In this document: positions 39,222 through 51,800 of the stretch, in pieces | How the letters are laid out: each line of letters opens with the position of its first letter | Numbering within the stretch: position 1 is the first letter of the stretch | Assembly: GCA_036172245.1 (NCBI GenBank) | Contig: JAYWIR010000009.1 | Coordinates: 1,736,001 to 1,800,000 of the forward strand | Length of the DNA: 64,000 nt | Reading direction: 5' to 3' | Origin: Raillietiella orientalis | Lineage: Eukaryota | The notes under the pieces: model-generated | What the model saw: only the letters and a program-made list of their open reading frames with translations | What the model was told of the DNA's origin: nothing | The model's database searches: none | Position numbers and translations under genes: made by a program

Positions 39222-40439
39222 TGTCAAATCAGCATTCTCCTACAGATTCACTAATTCACTTTCCCATGAGAATATTCTGATTGACGTAATTCCTCTTTGT
39301 GGGAACTTATTATCTCATACACAAAAGTGCAAGCACAAACTGGCGTACCCACATTTGTTTTGAAAACACCGTTTTCTTGCTGCAATTTTTATGACAAAAT
39401 GAGTGCCAAACTAAGAATTGAATTGCAAGTTGGAGAAAGCATTAAAATGTAATAAATGTAAAATGTAAAATCAATCTGAAAATTCGAAATATTAATTATC
39501 TTTTATGAAATAGGAACTTCATCGGAAATAGTTACAAAAGTATCGAAAATACTAAAACTAGAAATACGGTGAAATAACAGACTACAATTTTAAATGTACA
39601 TAAAGTTGAAAAGGATAGCATTAGAGAAAAATGGATGATGGAAGTGACAAGTATTGACTAACAGCCTAATAAAAGCACTCCAATCTTTCAGATCTGTATT
39701 AACTGTCTTCTGTAAGCAATGTAACTATAATTCCCGAGAGTAAAATTAATTTTTACTTTGGCTTGCACACTTGCAACTGGTTACCGGAAATTCCTATTTA
39801 TGAAATACAATTTATTTCATGAGTATCACGAAAAGTTCCACGAGAACAGAAAAGGAACGAAACTCTAAAAATGATCACTTGTTTTATTACATTAGATACT
39901 CAAAGAATATTTTAAAACTAAGTAGAAACAATTTGCAAAAAAGGAATAAAAATCGAATTTAAATTCAGAAAAATTTGGGTAGTATGATCGCCATCTCGCC
40001 ATCTCTTTCTAAAAATAGTTTTGCAAATGATACATGCTACTATTACATCAAATAATGAGACTTTGCAGTCATGGTCAACTGTTAATCTATGCGCTCAAGA
40101 GATACTTACAAGGAGAAGAGATACTTTTAATACAGGAAAACTGTATTTGTATTGTATTGTACTGTATTGTATAATCTGATTCTAATAAAGCCTCTAATGA
40201 AATGTCTAATACTGACTTATAATGATAGTGAACTTCAACCTAATAAACATTGAAGATTCAAACTGAGAATGTTTAATAAACTTATTGAATCCAGAATATC
40301 GATTTAAATAATTAACCTTCAAAAATTCACTTCACCTCTGACGATGCGATGGAAAGATAGCGTTAAACGATTCAACTGTACTTTTTTATTGCAGCAATTG
40401 CTTTTAATTTACCTTCATAGGGATCAATGTATCGTCAAG

Positions 40440-41100
40440 TGACTCATTAAACTAATAGAACAGACATCAAGAAATCTAGTGAGCCCTCCTGTATTCTACG
40501 TGATCATTCGAAGTGTTTGGAGTGCTCTTTCCATGTTCACAACTACATAGGTCGGATTTGAGTGAATGAATGTAATATATCATAAGCAATCATTGGTTAT
40601 AAAATGATTTAGTCCAATCCAGCGGTGATTATATTCATGATTTCTGAAGATAGGTCTTTAGACTTATTTTAATGTTGGATAAATACTGATAAACTGACTA
40701 TATATGGTGAGTCACTTAAGTCCTCAAGTCTGGCTTTGTGGCGAAATGGAGTAGGGTTGGGGCATTTATTAGCAGTTAATACAAGAGGTGCTTTAAAACT
40801 AGAAGTAGAAACAATTATTAAATCATGCGCACCATCATCATGTGTAGGATTAATGATTTTTTTATGATTCATTCTTTAGACTGGTTACGATATACAATAT
40901 TGCTTACACCTAGTTATATGTATGAAAATGTTTGTAGAGCATAATTTGATTTCGGATGGTCTGGCATTTTGGAATCAAAGTTTTGCAACATGTGTTGTGT
41001 ATCAATCATGAGAAAATTTTAATGTTATGTAATATATCATTCTGAATGAAAGGAAATTTTGGTGCAATTTAGACAAAAGTTCTGGTTCTCGAAAATCATA
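40440..41100 (-). mobile_element. Possible highly decayed Penelope-like RT relic
   Basis: Minus-strand peptides PELLSKLHQNFLSFRMI (Penelope P.lYglPKiHK..iplRPI), YTTHVAKL and, further downstream, GGLTRFLDV (Penelope g.l.FLDv) occur in the expected order among many stops. No YVDD seen. Confidence 0.25.
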
Positions 41101-43049
41101 AATTTAGAGATTATCATTATTTGGAAAATTGATTCTATGTACTTATTCAGAGATCAAATCTCTCAAAAATACTGTAAAGGAGAATTCGTGTTTTATGTGC
41201 TCTTCAATCAATGAAGTTTCAGAAGCCTAATGTTGCTTTTCCTAATTGGAATCTTAATGACAGAAATAAGTTTTAAAATATCAGTTCTTAATAAATGGCT
41301 TGATTTTTTACCAGTAAAGCAATGAAAATGGCTTGCTACCAATAGCATCATTGAATCTACGCAATTTATCACTGAAAGAGAAATGCATCTGTTTTGGGGG
41401 GAAATCTCTCCCCAGGAAATACTATGAAATTAACAACACTCACTTTTTTCTTAAGACACGAAGAAAAGCAAAGGGCACTCTGACAGTCAGTTAGTAAGTA
41501 TTATTTGTGATTCTTGTGTAAGTCATTCAGCACTTTCTTTCCCCAAGAATGGCTGTCAACTCACTATAACTTCAATTCATTTTGTTTTTAATTTCAAAAG
41601 ACAAAAGTGTTTTTGTAATGTGTTTCAGGTAGCTACTCTATTCCGAGCATAAAGCAACGGGAGTACAATTTTTATAAATTCACAGTACAACCTGATATGA
41701 TGAGATGCCCTAAATGAAACTAGGAAATGATGTTCCAGAAAGATTATCATGTGTCAAGTTAAATTAAATTCAAGTTTGCACTGTCGTTCGACCACAAACG
41801 GGTCAGAAATCGTTCCACTGAACTAATGAATGCGGTGAACTGCGGTTCGGATTAGCAGCATTCCTGCCAACCCTTACCCCCTGCAAGACTAAACAAAGCT
41901 AGTTCGCTATACTGAAGGCATTAAGCTCTAGATCAAAAGGTCTTCGCGAGCTCTTGGAGGTCCCTTTTGAAAGAAATATTGCCTTCGATTCATCTAAGGG
42001 GCCCGAACAGTTGCGTCGAGATGCGCGGAAGTATGGGTGGACATGAAATGGGGTGAGCAACGGCATTAGAGGAATAATCACTGGGGCCATAGGGATGGTG
42101 CGCCTGGAAGCGTCTGCACATTGCCAAACGCCAACAGATACAGCTAAATTGCCCTGCCATGTAAGGCACCTCGCCTCTTTAGCTTGAATGGTTCAGTAGA
42201 TCTTGAGCAAGGTCATTATTAGTTCATGTTCACTTAATATGCGAACGAGTGACCTGCTACACCGGAGAGCTGTGCCCCTCTGACACACACTGACTGGTCG
42301 TTCAGTTCGTCCTTTGAGCTTCTTGCTTGGAGATTTTACAGTTTGTTTATGTTTTGAGGGTTTTTTTGTCGGCGCTTAGATTCCTTTTTTAATGTTTCCT
42401 TTTAATAATCGAGTGCTGAACCGTGTCAAGCTGAATCAAACTGATAGCATGGTATAGAAACTCGAGTATTCATTCTTCTACATATTTTTCATCACATTTC
42501 ACTTCTGTTAGCAGCATTCGACTGCAATGTGCAAATTGGTTAGCGAATTTCTCCTTGAATTTTATTAGTAAAATTGTTTGTTCAACAAAAAAAAAAGGAG
42601 GTCCCTTTTGTTCGTAACAAAATGATCATTTTTAGCTATTGTGGGAAAGGAAAGGAGTGATATACCGTAGCATTTTTCGGTCGGTGACGACACAAAAAAG
42701 ACCGTGTCGGTACTGCAAGAACAATTAGTGGAACTGAAGGCAGCGTTGGGAATTTGTCTCCAGACTTGAAAACTGGGCACCCAACAGTTCCCGTGACCAG
42801 AATGTCACTCGGAAAAACGGCTGTCAACCATTCCAAGAACACAGGTTTCTTCTTCTGCCCCATGTAGCTCAGAACTTTTCCCTGTCACCTCAACAGCGTG
42901 CAAAGAATTCGCAGAAATACTGGGTGAAAATTTTCTATTTGAGCGCTCTACCCCCAGTACATCAATTCCCTATAGAAAGATTCAACAGGCAATCATCTAT
43001 AATATCTTTTATAGACATTGTATAGTCTGTCTCATTAGAAAAAGCAGAC

Positions 43050-43475
43050 TCATTGATGAACAACATATCAAAAGGATTTGTAAGGAATGCCATCCATGTT
43101 CCTTGGTGGAAAATGTTGAATTTAAAAACTTTGTCCATTTGCTTAATCCTGGATATCAGTTGCCATCTCGAAAAACTATATCAAACATCTTATGAAGCAC
43201 TTTTCCCTAGTTTGTATAAAGAAACGAAAATTGAAGTGCAACAAAACTTGAATTCTACTTCTGCAGTTTGCTTGACCACAGATGGGTGGACCTCTCTAAA
43301 CAAAAGTTTTCTGGCGCTCACTGTTTCTTATATGTTGTCCAATCCCTAGTTATGTTTTCTATCTTCTGAGCTGTTCAGAGTTTGCTGAAAAACAGGAAAT
43401 AATTCTGATTGACTGTCGAACATCACCACAGAATGGGATATCGCAAATAAAATTACTGCAATCGTAACTGACCCA
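43050..43475 (+). mobile_element. hAT-superfamily (ZBED1/ZBED4-like) transposase fragment, disabled
   Basis: PCSLVENVEFKNFVHLLNPGYQLPSRKTIS from 43094, frameshift, VCLTTDGWTS (first catalytic Asp at 43281-43283), SFLALTV, then EWDIANKITAIVTD (second Asp at 43470-43472). Stops and truncation; no TIRs seen. Confidence 0.88.
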
Positions 43476-44358
43476 CAATAGTCATGAAATCTTTGAAATA
43501 AATAAGGTGCACATATTAAGGGCATTCATTGAAATGAGTATTCCAGTGTTGAGCATCGGTGTAATATGAAGTTCCGTGTAGAAAAATCGAAGGTGATCAG
43601 TATATAAGGATCTGTAATTTTGTTTTCTTACCACTAAATAGATCTAAGCTTCGTCTTGAGCATACATAATTTTAATCACAAGTCGTTTATGGAACTGTTT
43701 TGAGATTGAGATTACAAACTTCTTACGATTGTGAGATGAACTGGTTTTAGAAACTCTAGTTAAAATACTTGCGATTTCCTGAAATGCTTGTTAGATACAT
43801 TAGGGCATCATTTCGTTTTGAATATTTTATGAGAATCAATGAGCAGAGCTCATTATAGTTGTTCATCATGAAAATCTGTTCCCTTAGTTCAATTTTCAAG
43901 CTACTTAAATTTTTAGAGTTCTGAACGTCGTTCTAATTGATTGTGAGGGGAAGCATAAAAAAACATTCCATGAAGGGAAATTCTGTTCTGAAAATGGTTT
44001 TTGATTCAGAACACAACCTTATAACCCATGTTTACTGGTTAACACTATTGCATTTAAGGATATGTGTTTCGTTTTAGTCCTTGTAGGATGGGAATGTTTA
44101 AATAAAAACGAGGATTGATTGAAAGCGTTTCAAAGTCACTTTCCGCAGAAAGAGTTTTTTAAATCTATAAACACACATCCGAATCACGTAAGTCTTTGTT
44201 ATACATGGAAGTAGTTCAAGTTTTTCCTTAAAATTTCTCAAGAGAGATTGATGTGGCACCATTCTGGTACAGAAATGAGGATCAGTCCAAAGAGTGAAGC
44301 GCAATGTGTTGCGGAAACAGTCTGGACCGTAGGATTCGCGTGATGATGTTGGATAGTA

Positions 44359-46061
44359 ATGCATTCATTGCCCAAGATTAGGATCAACTTATGTAAAGCA
44401 ATTCGAGTTGCCCACGTTCTGAGAGATCGAACTTTATTTAAGTTTACGGACAAGGCAGAAATGCTACAGAATTGTAATTTCTTGGGGAACAGTAACCCGA
44501 CTTCTTTGTCTCCCAAAAGTGATAACTACGATAGTGATGCCAGTGAAAAAGTGGGAAACGTCCCCCAGCACAAAATTCAAACATCACATATTGAGCATGA
44601 TGTGATGCCAGTGGAAGAGAAGCTTCAGAAATTGAAGCGGAGAAAAATTGCAATTCTACTTTCATTTTGTGGTACAAATTATTATGGTATGCAAAGGTAT
44701 TGAAAACGTTAATACCAGTGAGAGATGTATTTCTTTAATGAAACTGTAATTCTAACGAAAACTGGCTTGTTTTAAAATATGTTGGTATTTGGATGGGAAC
44801 ATTCAAACAGTTGCATTGAAACAAAGTTTTAATACGTTCGAGACGTGACTTGATTACTTGTTAAGTTAGATGTGTGAAATCGAATTTTTAGGAACCCAGG
44901 ATTTGTTACAATCGAAGAAGAATTGTTGACTGCATTATATCACATAGGATGTATACCACTTGGAGGATATGAGAGATCTCAAACTTCCAGTTTTCAGAGA
45001 GCTGCCAGAACTGATAAAGGTGTATCAGCTACAGGAATGGTAGTTAATGTAAGATCCGGTAGGCTTGCCTTTCCGAACATCATGAATGCTTTTGAAAATT
45101 GTATTTGTAGTCTTAATGGATGATTTCAAAGATAAAATGAATGCTGTATTGCCTCCTGATATACGTGTGATCAGTTGGAAAAGAGTTACACAGGGTTTCA
45201 ATGCAAAAGTGGCTTGTGATGCTCGTACTTACATCTATTACCTCCCTTCCTTTGCTTTTGTACCTTTGGAAGAATGGACCCAAGAAAACTATCGAATTTC
45301 TCCAGAACTCCTTCAGAAAATCAATGATGTACTATCCCAGTTTCTGGGAACACACAATTTCCACAATTTCACATGTGGCAAGTGAGATTCCTTTTTTTTG
45401 ATATCATGTTAGTTGTGCAGAAAACCAGAGGATGCTAGTGCCAGAAGATATATCATGGAATTTTCATGTGTGCAATTATTGGAAAAAGAAGGCTTGGAAT
45501 TTCTGGTGTTGATGGTGAAGGGCCAAAGTTTTATGATGCATCAAATACGCAAAATGATTGGTGCCACAATTGCCATAATAAGAGGTCTGGCAACTCCAGA
45601 TTTAATTGAAAAAGCTTGGCTGTCAGACAGAGTTGACATCCCAATTGCTCCAGGACTAGGATTACTTTTGGAGAGGGTGAGTATTCTTTAATGAGAAAAT
45701 AATCAAAACTGCCTTAAGATTCACTATCGATGGTATAATGAGAAATATGGAAATGATGGTCTCCATGAACCATTAATCTGGGATGATGTAGAAGAAGAAA
45801 TAGAACAGTTCAAGCAAGACCACATTTGGCCTACCATTATCAAAGGGGAGAAGCAAGACAAGTCGTAAGATGGAGCATTCAGTTGTTTCGTTATGTTGTA
45901 TTTCTAGCATGTTTAACTGGCTGACTACACTTCACAACCACACATTTGATGTACGCCCTTCTAGTGTGCCAAGTCATCAGTCTGGAGTCAGAAGCAGAAT
46001 AGGCGCAGCTGCTCTGTTGTTAGAATGCATGCAGAATGAGCATGAAAATCAAAATGAATGA
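44359..46061 (+). CDS. PUS1: tRNA pseudouridine synthase 1 (TruA family), 443 aa; exons 44359-44696, 44892-45058, 45111-45381, 45421-45676, 45719-45864, 45908-46061
   Basis: Motifs KRRKIAILLSFCGTNYYGMQRNP, catalytic FQRAARTDKGVSA, CDARTYIYYLPSFAF, GTHNFHNFT, KGQSFMMHQIRKMIG and PIAPGLGLLLER. GT-AG introns of 195, 52, 39, 42 and 43 nt give a continuous 1332-nt frame. Confidence 0.97.
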
Positions 46062-46142
46062 GTACTTTTCCTGTAAACTTCAAAGTAAGGAAGATTGACA
46101 AAGAATGGAATATCATATGTAAAAATTTATGCAAATGAATTC

Positions 46143-46148
46143 AATAAA
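46143..46148 (+). terminator. Poly(A) signal of PUS1
   Basis: AATAAA 81 nt after the stop, followed by T/GT-rich sequence. Confidence 0.65.
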
Positions 46149-47496
46149 GCCTCCTGCTAATCTTTTTAGTCAAATTGCATATGTGTACCACGATGTCTTT
46201 TTCTCAATATTTTTGGAATTGTATGCTAGATTTTTGTGCTTGTTTTTTGTTTTCCATAAGCAAAAACAAACACAAAGTGGACCCATGGTGCAAAGGATAT
46301 CAAAGTGAATGTTTCACAAAACTGTAGATGTAGAGAAGTATGCATCTGTATGTGCATTTGGATGTCTGATTATCTGTAGCTGCAGTTCTGTGGAACAACC
46401 ACAGAAGTATGCTTCTTTGAAGACCTGTGCTGTAAGAGTTATTGAATTACCACATTTAAAGCCATTACCTGTACAACTCGTTTTCTTGTATTGCAATGCC
46501 ATTTATTTTTTTATAACTATTTTATTTTTTAGTCCTACTCGAAATTTACTGTTGCAGTAAATTGTATTTCTGAACTATTGCAAAAGTCTGCTTACATTGA
46601 CCAAGCATTTATCAGCAAAGTTTGTAAACTTCCTTTGGTAGTCAGCCTGGAAGAAAATGTTTTGCTTCATTATCTCTTGCCTTGGTTGTGTTTATGTTAA
46701 AACAATCAAACGCATTTTCGGATACCATTGTCATATCCTTTTTTGTATAAATTCGGTTTGCTTCTATTAGCTGACATGGCAGATATATTGATTTCATTCG
46801 ACTTCCTTTGTATCCACTGTATCCGGCATGGTCATCTATTTGACTGACACAGTGAGGTACCAAAGCGCCAAAGCAATATTTGGGTTGTTACTATCAAGTG
46901 GGAATTTTAGAAACATGCACTGGTTTCCCCAGATGTGCAACACTTTTCTAATGTGCCATACTTTCAGATACGTGTGCATATATTTATGTCTTTTTCTGTA
47001 TCAGTATTACTTCACTTTTATAATGCCTTGTCACAAACACTGCAGGTGCATTTGTGGGATGGTTGGGGTCTTAGACATGTTAAGAAAATTTTGAGCTCAG
47101 TTATAACTATTCGGCATTTTTCCCGTAAAATGCTACTTGTGCAGACGCCCTGAATTCGCAGCAAAAACCGACCAAAGTTGCAGCACAGTATTTTGAAATG
47201 CGGAGGTTATTTTAGCGTGGTTGAATACAGGAACGGCTGCCCATAAAGATTGTAGCAAAATACGGAACACCCGAGTATTCAGTCACGTTCTTTTGGATGA
47301 GCGTATTTCTAACTGTAACAAAAAGGAAAGGTCAAGCATCTTTGTGGCATCTTTATTCTCGACTCCTCCATATCCAGGCTTTTTGAAAGAATGAATTCAA
47401 ACCAGAGTGCCAACTTCAACCACTCAAGTTTCTGACAACGAGACCGAGCACCTTACCGAATGGTCTTCTCTAATGTATTTTACATGTTCTTTAGTG

Positions 47497-47655
47497 AACA
47501 GGAGCGGTTCCCTTGCGGGATCCCTCCGGAGAAGGAATTCCTACTGGCGGATCCTTTCCGGGTTCCCTTCGGAGAATTCAAATGGAGAGGACCCCCCCTA
47601 TTAGGGGGTTTCCCTCCGGAGAGAATGAAGAAGGAGGTTCCCTTCGGGGTTCCCC
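47497..47655 (+). repeat. Dispersed repeat, copy 2, with internal GGTTCCCTT(G)CGG x3 and TCCCTCCGGAGA x2
   Basis: Sub-repeats start at 47506, 47561, 47636 and at 47521, 47611. Homologous to the reverse complement of 1850-1955. Confidence 0.65.
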
Positions 47656-48797
47656 GTCGTTTTTTTTAAAAAAAACAAAAAAAACAAAGAGGCGCTTTCC
47701 AGGGGAATGCATCGACAGCCGAACCTTCGTCGCGTTGAAACAGATAAGACTTTCTGGAGATGGGCATATGCGGAGCGAACCGAAAACCTTTTGTTAGCTC
47801 CCACGCGCACGCGCACATGGAGTGTCCCACGAGCACAGTTGCCAACTTTTTTCGCGGCTTCAGATTTTCCACGACTGCATCGCTGACGGTTACCGCATTT
47901 CAAGAGTTGTTGCCATTCGGAAAATCTGCTTTTCTCTTCGCTCCTCCATTTCCCGGATTCCCTCTCGTTTTCATTCCTTCTTCTTTTTGGAATGGACCGC
48001 TCTTCTCTCTCGACTTTTCCTCCTTTCTCGGGTGGCTTCTCAGCTCTCCCGAGCACGTTTGTCACTCCGCCCACAGGTTCTGCGGGTTTTCCTTGTGGAA
48101 TTCACTTCATTTTGCAGCAGTTTGCGAGCTCGAGGAAGGAGTCATTAGCAAGTAACACAAACGATGGTCATGCAGGGCAGTCATTGCTCCATGCATAATA
48201 CGGAACAAAGCTTTCGCTCTTTCTTTGTTTCCGTCTTCTTTTTTTTTTTTGACTTTTCCTTTTTTGCATGCACTCTTTCATTTTGCTCTCCTTGTCTCGA
48301 AATCGGAGAGTTTGGAGCTCTGCGGGTAGCCAGCCGATCATCCTTGCTGGACCACGTCGGACCCACCCTCCGACGAATCCAGCTTCCACGGTGTGTTTAA
48401 ACACGAGTCAAGTATACATTTCACATACGTATACATAAAAATACATTCCCCACTTCCCGCTTCTAGAGGAAGACGTCGATGGTTGGTGCCAACCCTGGAC
48501 GTTTTGGTCACCTGCTTTGGCATCAACAGGAAGGGGATCTTGTCTCAAGAATCCTTCAGTTTGTGTTGTTGTTGTTGTTTTGTTTTTCCAGGGAAATTCG
48601 TCCCTTCCGAACCAATTCCTTGAGAACCGCCTGTCCAGCGCCACATTCCTACTGTTTATGAATATCCTCACGCACCAGCTGTGTATGCGTGCCAACGTCA
48701 ACACTTGCGGGTCACCCTCGCTTGCGGCTGTCCTCAGCCGATTTCCACGTACCGCTTGCACTCTTCAACTGCGAAGACAACTTGAGCGTTCGAGCAC

Positions 48798-48850
48798 GCG
48801 CCCCACCGTTGGCGAAAGGAGCCTTTGAAAGCGCACCACCGTTGGCGAAA
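48798..48850. repeat. 20-bp direct repeat gcgcMccaccgttggcgaaa, period 33
   Basis: 48798-48817 and 48831-48850, one mismatch. Confidence 0.8.
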
Positions 48851-51800
48851 CCGAAGAAGGCCGAGGCGTTTATACGCTCGCTGATGCTGCGGAACGCCCG
48901 CACCCAGTGCGCACGCCCGTTCTATTAATAGAGTGGCACGCACGTTTGGTGCACTCTCAGGAAGGTCTTCCTGATTGCAACCACTGAAAGAGGAATGTCT
49001 GGATCGAGCGATGTGGCTGATGAGCGTCTGCAGAGACGTGCGACGTGAGGCTCGTGCGGAGCGATTCGCCCGATGAGAGATCTGTTGGCGTGCCACATGA
49101 CCTGAGGAGCTCTCGCGGAGAACCGGAATTCTTGGCACGCGCGCGTGCGCTCTCGCGGCAATCGCATGCGAAGCGCACCTTCCCGACCGACCCTGAGAGG
49201 TCAGTCTGGACGAGCGCACCCCTGACCCATTCGACCGTTCCCTTGCGGGAAATTCCCTTTCTTTTCCTCGGGGAGCGCTGGCTGCTTTGCTCTCCCGGAA
49301 CCCCGCAGGGCATGTGGCGCTTTCGCTTGACCCCGGGTCGACCCAGCGCAAGCGTCGATATGGCAGTTCCTCGGATAGCCTCCCTCCAAGACCTGCTGAC
49401 TTCGGTTTGATCCCCTGTGCCCTCTAGACGCTTGTAGCGACGTGGAGATCCCATCCTGACCGGATGCTGCTGCTCGGCGCTACTTTGCGAAGAGGAGAGC
49501 AGGAAAAAAGCGTCCCAAAGAGGAGGCCCCTCTCCACGATCCCCCCTCGGGACTCCAGCGTCCTCGCGTTCCTCCGGCGTCCCGCAGCCCCAGGCAGAGC
49601 CGGGAAGCCGAGCGGTGCTTCTGGAACGCACGAGCGTCTGCCTATGCGGGGCGCCTCGCGCGTGGGAAGAGCGCACAACAACGGGGTCGACTTCCAGCCG
49701 TGACCTCGCGCCTTGACGGGCAAGATGCTCCCACGCCTGGGCGGAGCTGGGGTGACCAGCGCGACAGGGAGGGAGGGAGACGCGTGCCAAGCGGACGCGG
49801 CCCAGGGAGGAAGGCGCGGGCCGGAGGCCTTCCTTCTCGGAAGCGGCATCCCGGGGGCACGACACCCTGGCCGGCCGCGTGCACGTGTGAAGAGAGACGG
49901 CGCCCTCTCGGGGTCCGACCAGTCCCCTGTCGGCGGAAGGGGGGGAGCGAGATTGCACAGCCCAAGGGCATGCAAGATACGGAGGCCGCTCTCCCTCCCG
50001 CGCACTGGCGGCGGCACCGGCAGGAAGCCGCAAAAAAAGGGAGGGAGGAGGGGTTGCCAGGGTTACTCGCTATTTGCGTACCTGCTGGCTCGCTTCCCGC
50101 GCTCCCGGGCCGCGCGGGAGCTCCCATTTGCTCCCGCGCCTCCCTGCCGGCAGCGCGCGCCTTCCCCGCTCCTCCCGCGGCCTCCCTCGGAGGCCCCTCC
50201 TGCTCTCCCGGAAGGCCCCCCAAAGGAAGCCAAGATTTTCCCGATACTCGGAAGCTGGTGCGTCCGACCGGGGTCTCTCCGAAAGCTCCTCCTGTCGCTC
50301 CTGCAGAAGGTTCCCGGGTGGGGAGGCGACCCACGCGCCGGCGCAGGCCCTGCCGTTCTGAGCTGCCACAAGACAAGGAGGTACTCCGTCGAGGAGAGGT
50401 GAGAGGGCGGGAGGGACCCCTTCCCCGGCCGCCGAGGTCGCCGTGCGAGGGAGAGGAGGGTTGAGAGGGGGGGGGGAAGACTCCTCTCGCCGCTGAAGAC
50501 TGAGGCCGTCTGGCCGTGGACGTGCCGAGCAGCCTCCTCGCCGGGGAGTCGCCCCCGTGGCTGCCTGGTGGCCCGGGGGCGTCGCAGAAGGAGAAACTTC
50601 TGCAAAGGGAGCGGAGAGGGTGGTAGTCCTGCGCCTACAGGAGGAGGAAGCCAGCCTCCAGGCGGTTCCTGGAGCGGTGGCGGACCGGCACGCCTTGTTC
50701 CCGACCGGCCCCTTCCGAACGGATTCCGGTCCTCCTCGATGCAACAGCTCCTCTGGCAGGAGGAGGATCCTGGATGCTGCGATGGACCTTTCCCCTTCCT
50801 ACCCCTTCCCATCCCCCTTTCCCCTTCCCATCCTCATGGATCTGGGAGGGCGGGCCGGTCCACACATCCTCCTCCTCCTGCCTGCCCCGCGTTCCTGGAG
50901 GAAACCCGCCGTGCTTCCGTCTGTTGGGCGTCTCCGGGAAGAAGCCCAAGTGATCTCCCGAGCGGCGGCCGACTTGCCTCGGGGTACCCGGAGGAGATCC
51001 CGCGGCTGGACCGACCCGCCACGATGCTGTGGCCACTGTGCCGCGGAGATCAGTGGACTCTCTCCTCCCGGGTCTCTTTCGTTTCCCGAAGCGCGCCGCT
51101 CCTTTAGGCCAGAGAGTGTGACCTCTGTGGGACCGTCATCCCATGCAAGAGGTCTTCGGTCTCCGGAGCTCCTCTGGCACACCCTACAGGGCCGGTGACC
51201 GCACAGAAGGATCCCCCACGCGACGCAACTGGCCTTTACAGAGGTCATAGCGAGACCGGAAGAACTTTCGCCAATAACGTCATTCGTCCTCGCTACACGC
51301 CGTTGCCACGTGGATCCTCCTTCGCCCCCCGTGAGGCTGTCTCCCGGCGTTCTTCTTCTCCCGCGGCCCTTGGTTCAGAAGCGCAGCTTCTTTGCCAGTC
51401 CCTCGCCGGGTCCTCTGCCTCCCCTTCCCCTCCTCATCCCCATCGGCACGGGAGATCGAAACGGCTCGCGTTGCATCCCGAAGCCTCACTTTGCAGCTCT
51501 TCCACCCAGGGAGAGACTCTCCCAAAAGACGTCGGTCGCCAGGGAAACCAGGCTTCTCAGCGACTCCTTCTGACCACGCGGGCGGCTACGAGGAAGGGAG
51601 AAAGAGTGGAGCGTGGAAGGAGGTTAGGGAAGCACAGGAGCGACTCGTCCTCACGAGTCAGAGAGCCGAAGGGTCCGCTGTTGTGGCTGTCGGAGACTTC
51701 ACCCCACGTCTGCGCTGCTCGGGAGGCCGGCGGGAAAGGGCGGACGGCGTGCAACGAGCGGGGCCTGCCCGCCCGCATAGTCCTGCGCACACGGCAGGCG

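Noticed and set aside
40335..40385. Hammerhead-like CTGACGA...(T)AAAC next to the Penelope-like relic
   Set aside because: The GAAA core is altered and I cannot form stem I or stem III.
47497..47655. CRISPR-like appearance of short palindromic repeats
   Set aside because: Units are degenerate and irregularly spaced, there are no unique equal-length spacers or cas genes, and the context is eukaryotic.
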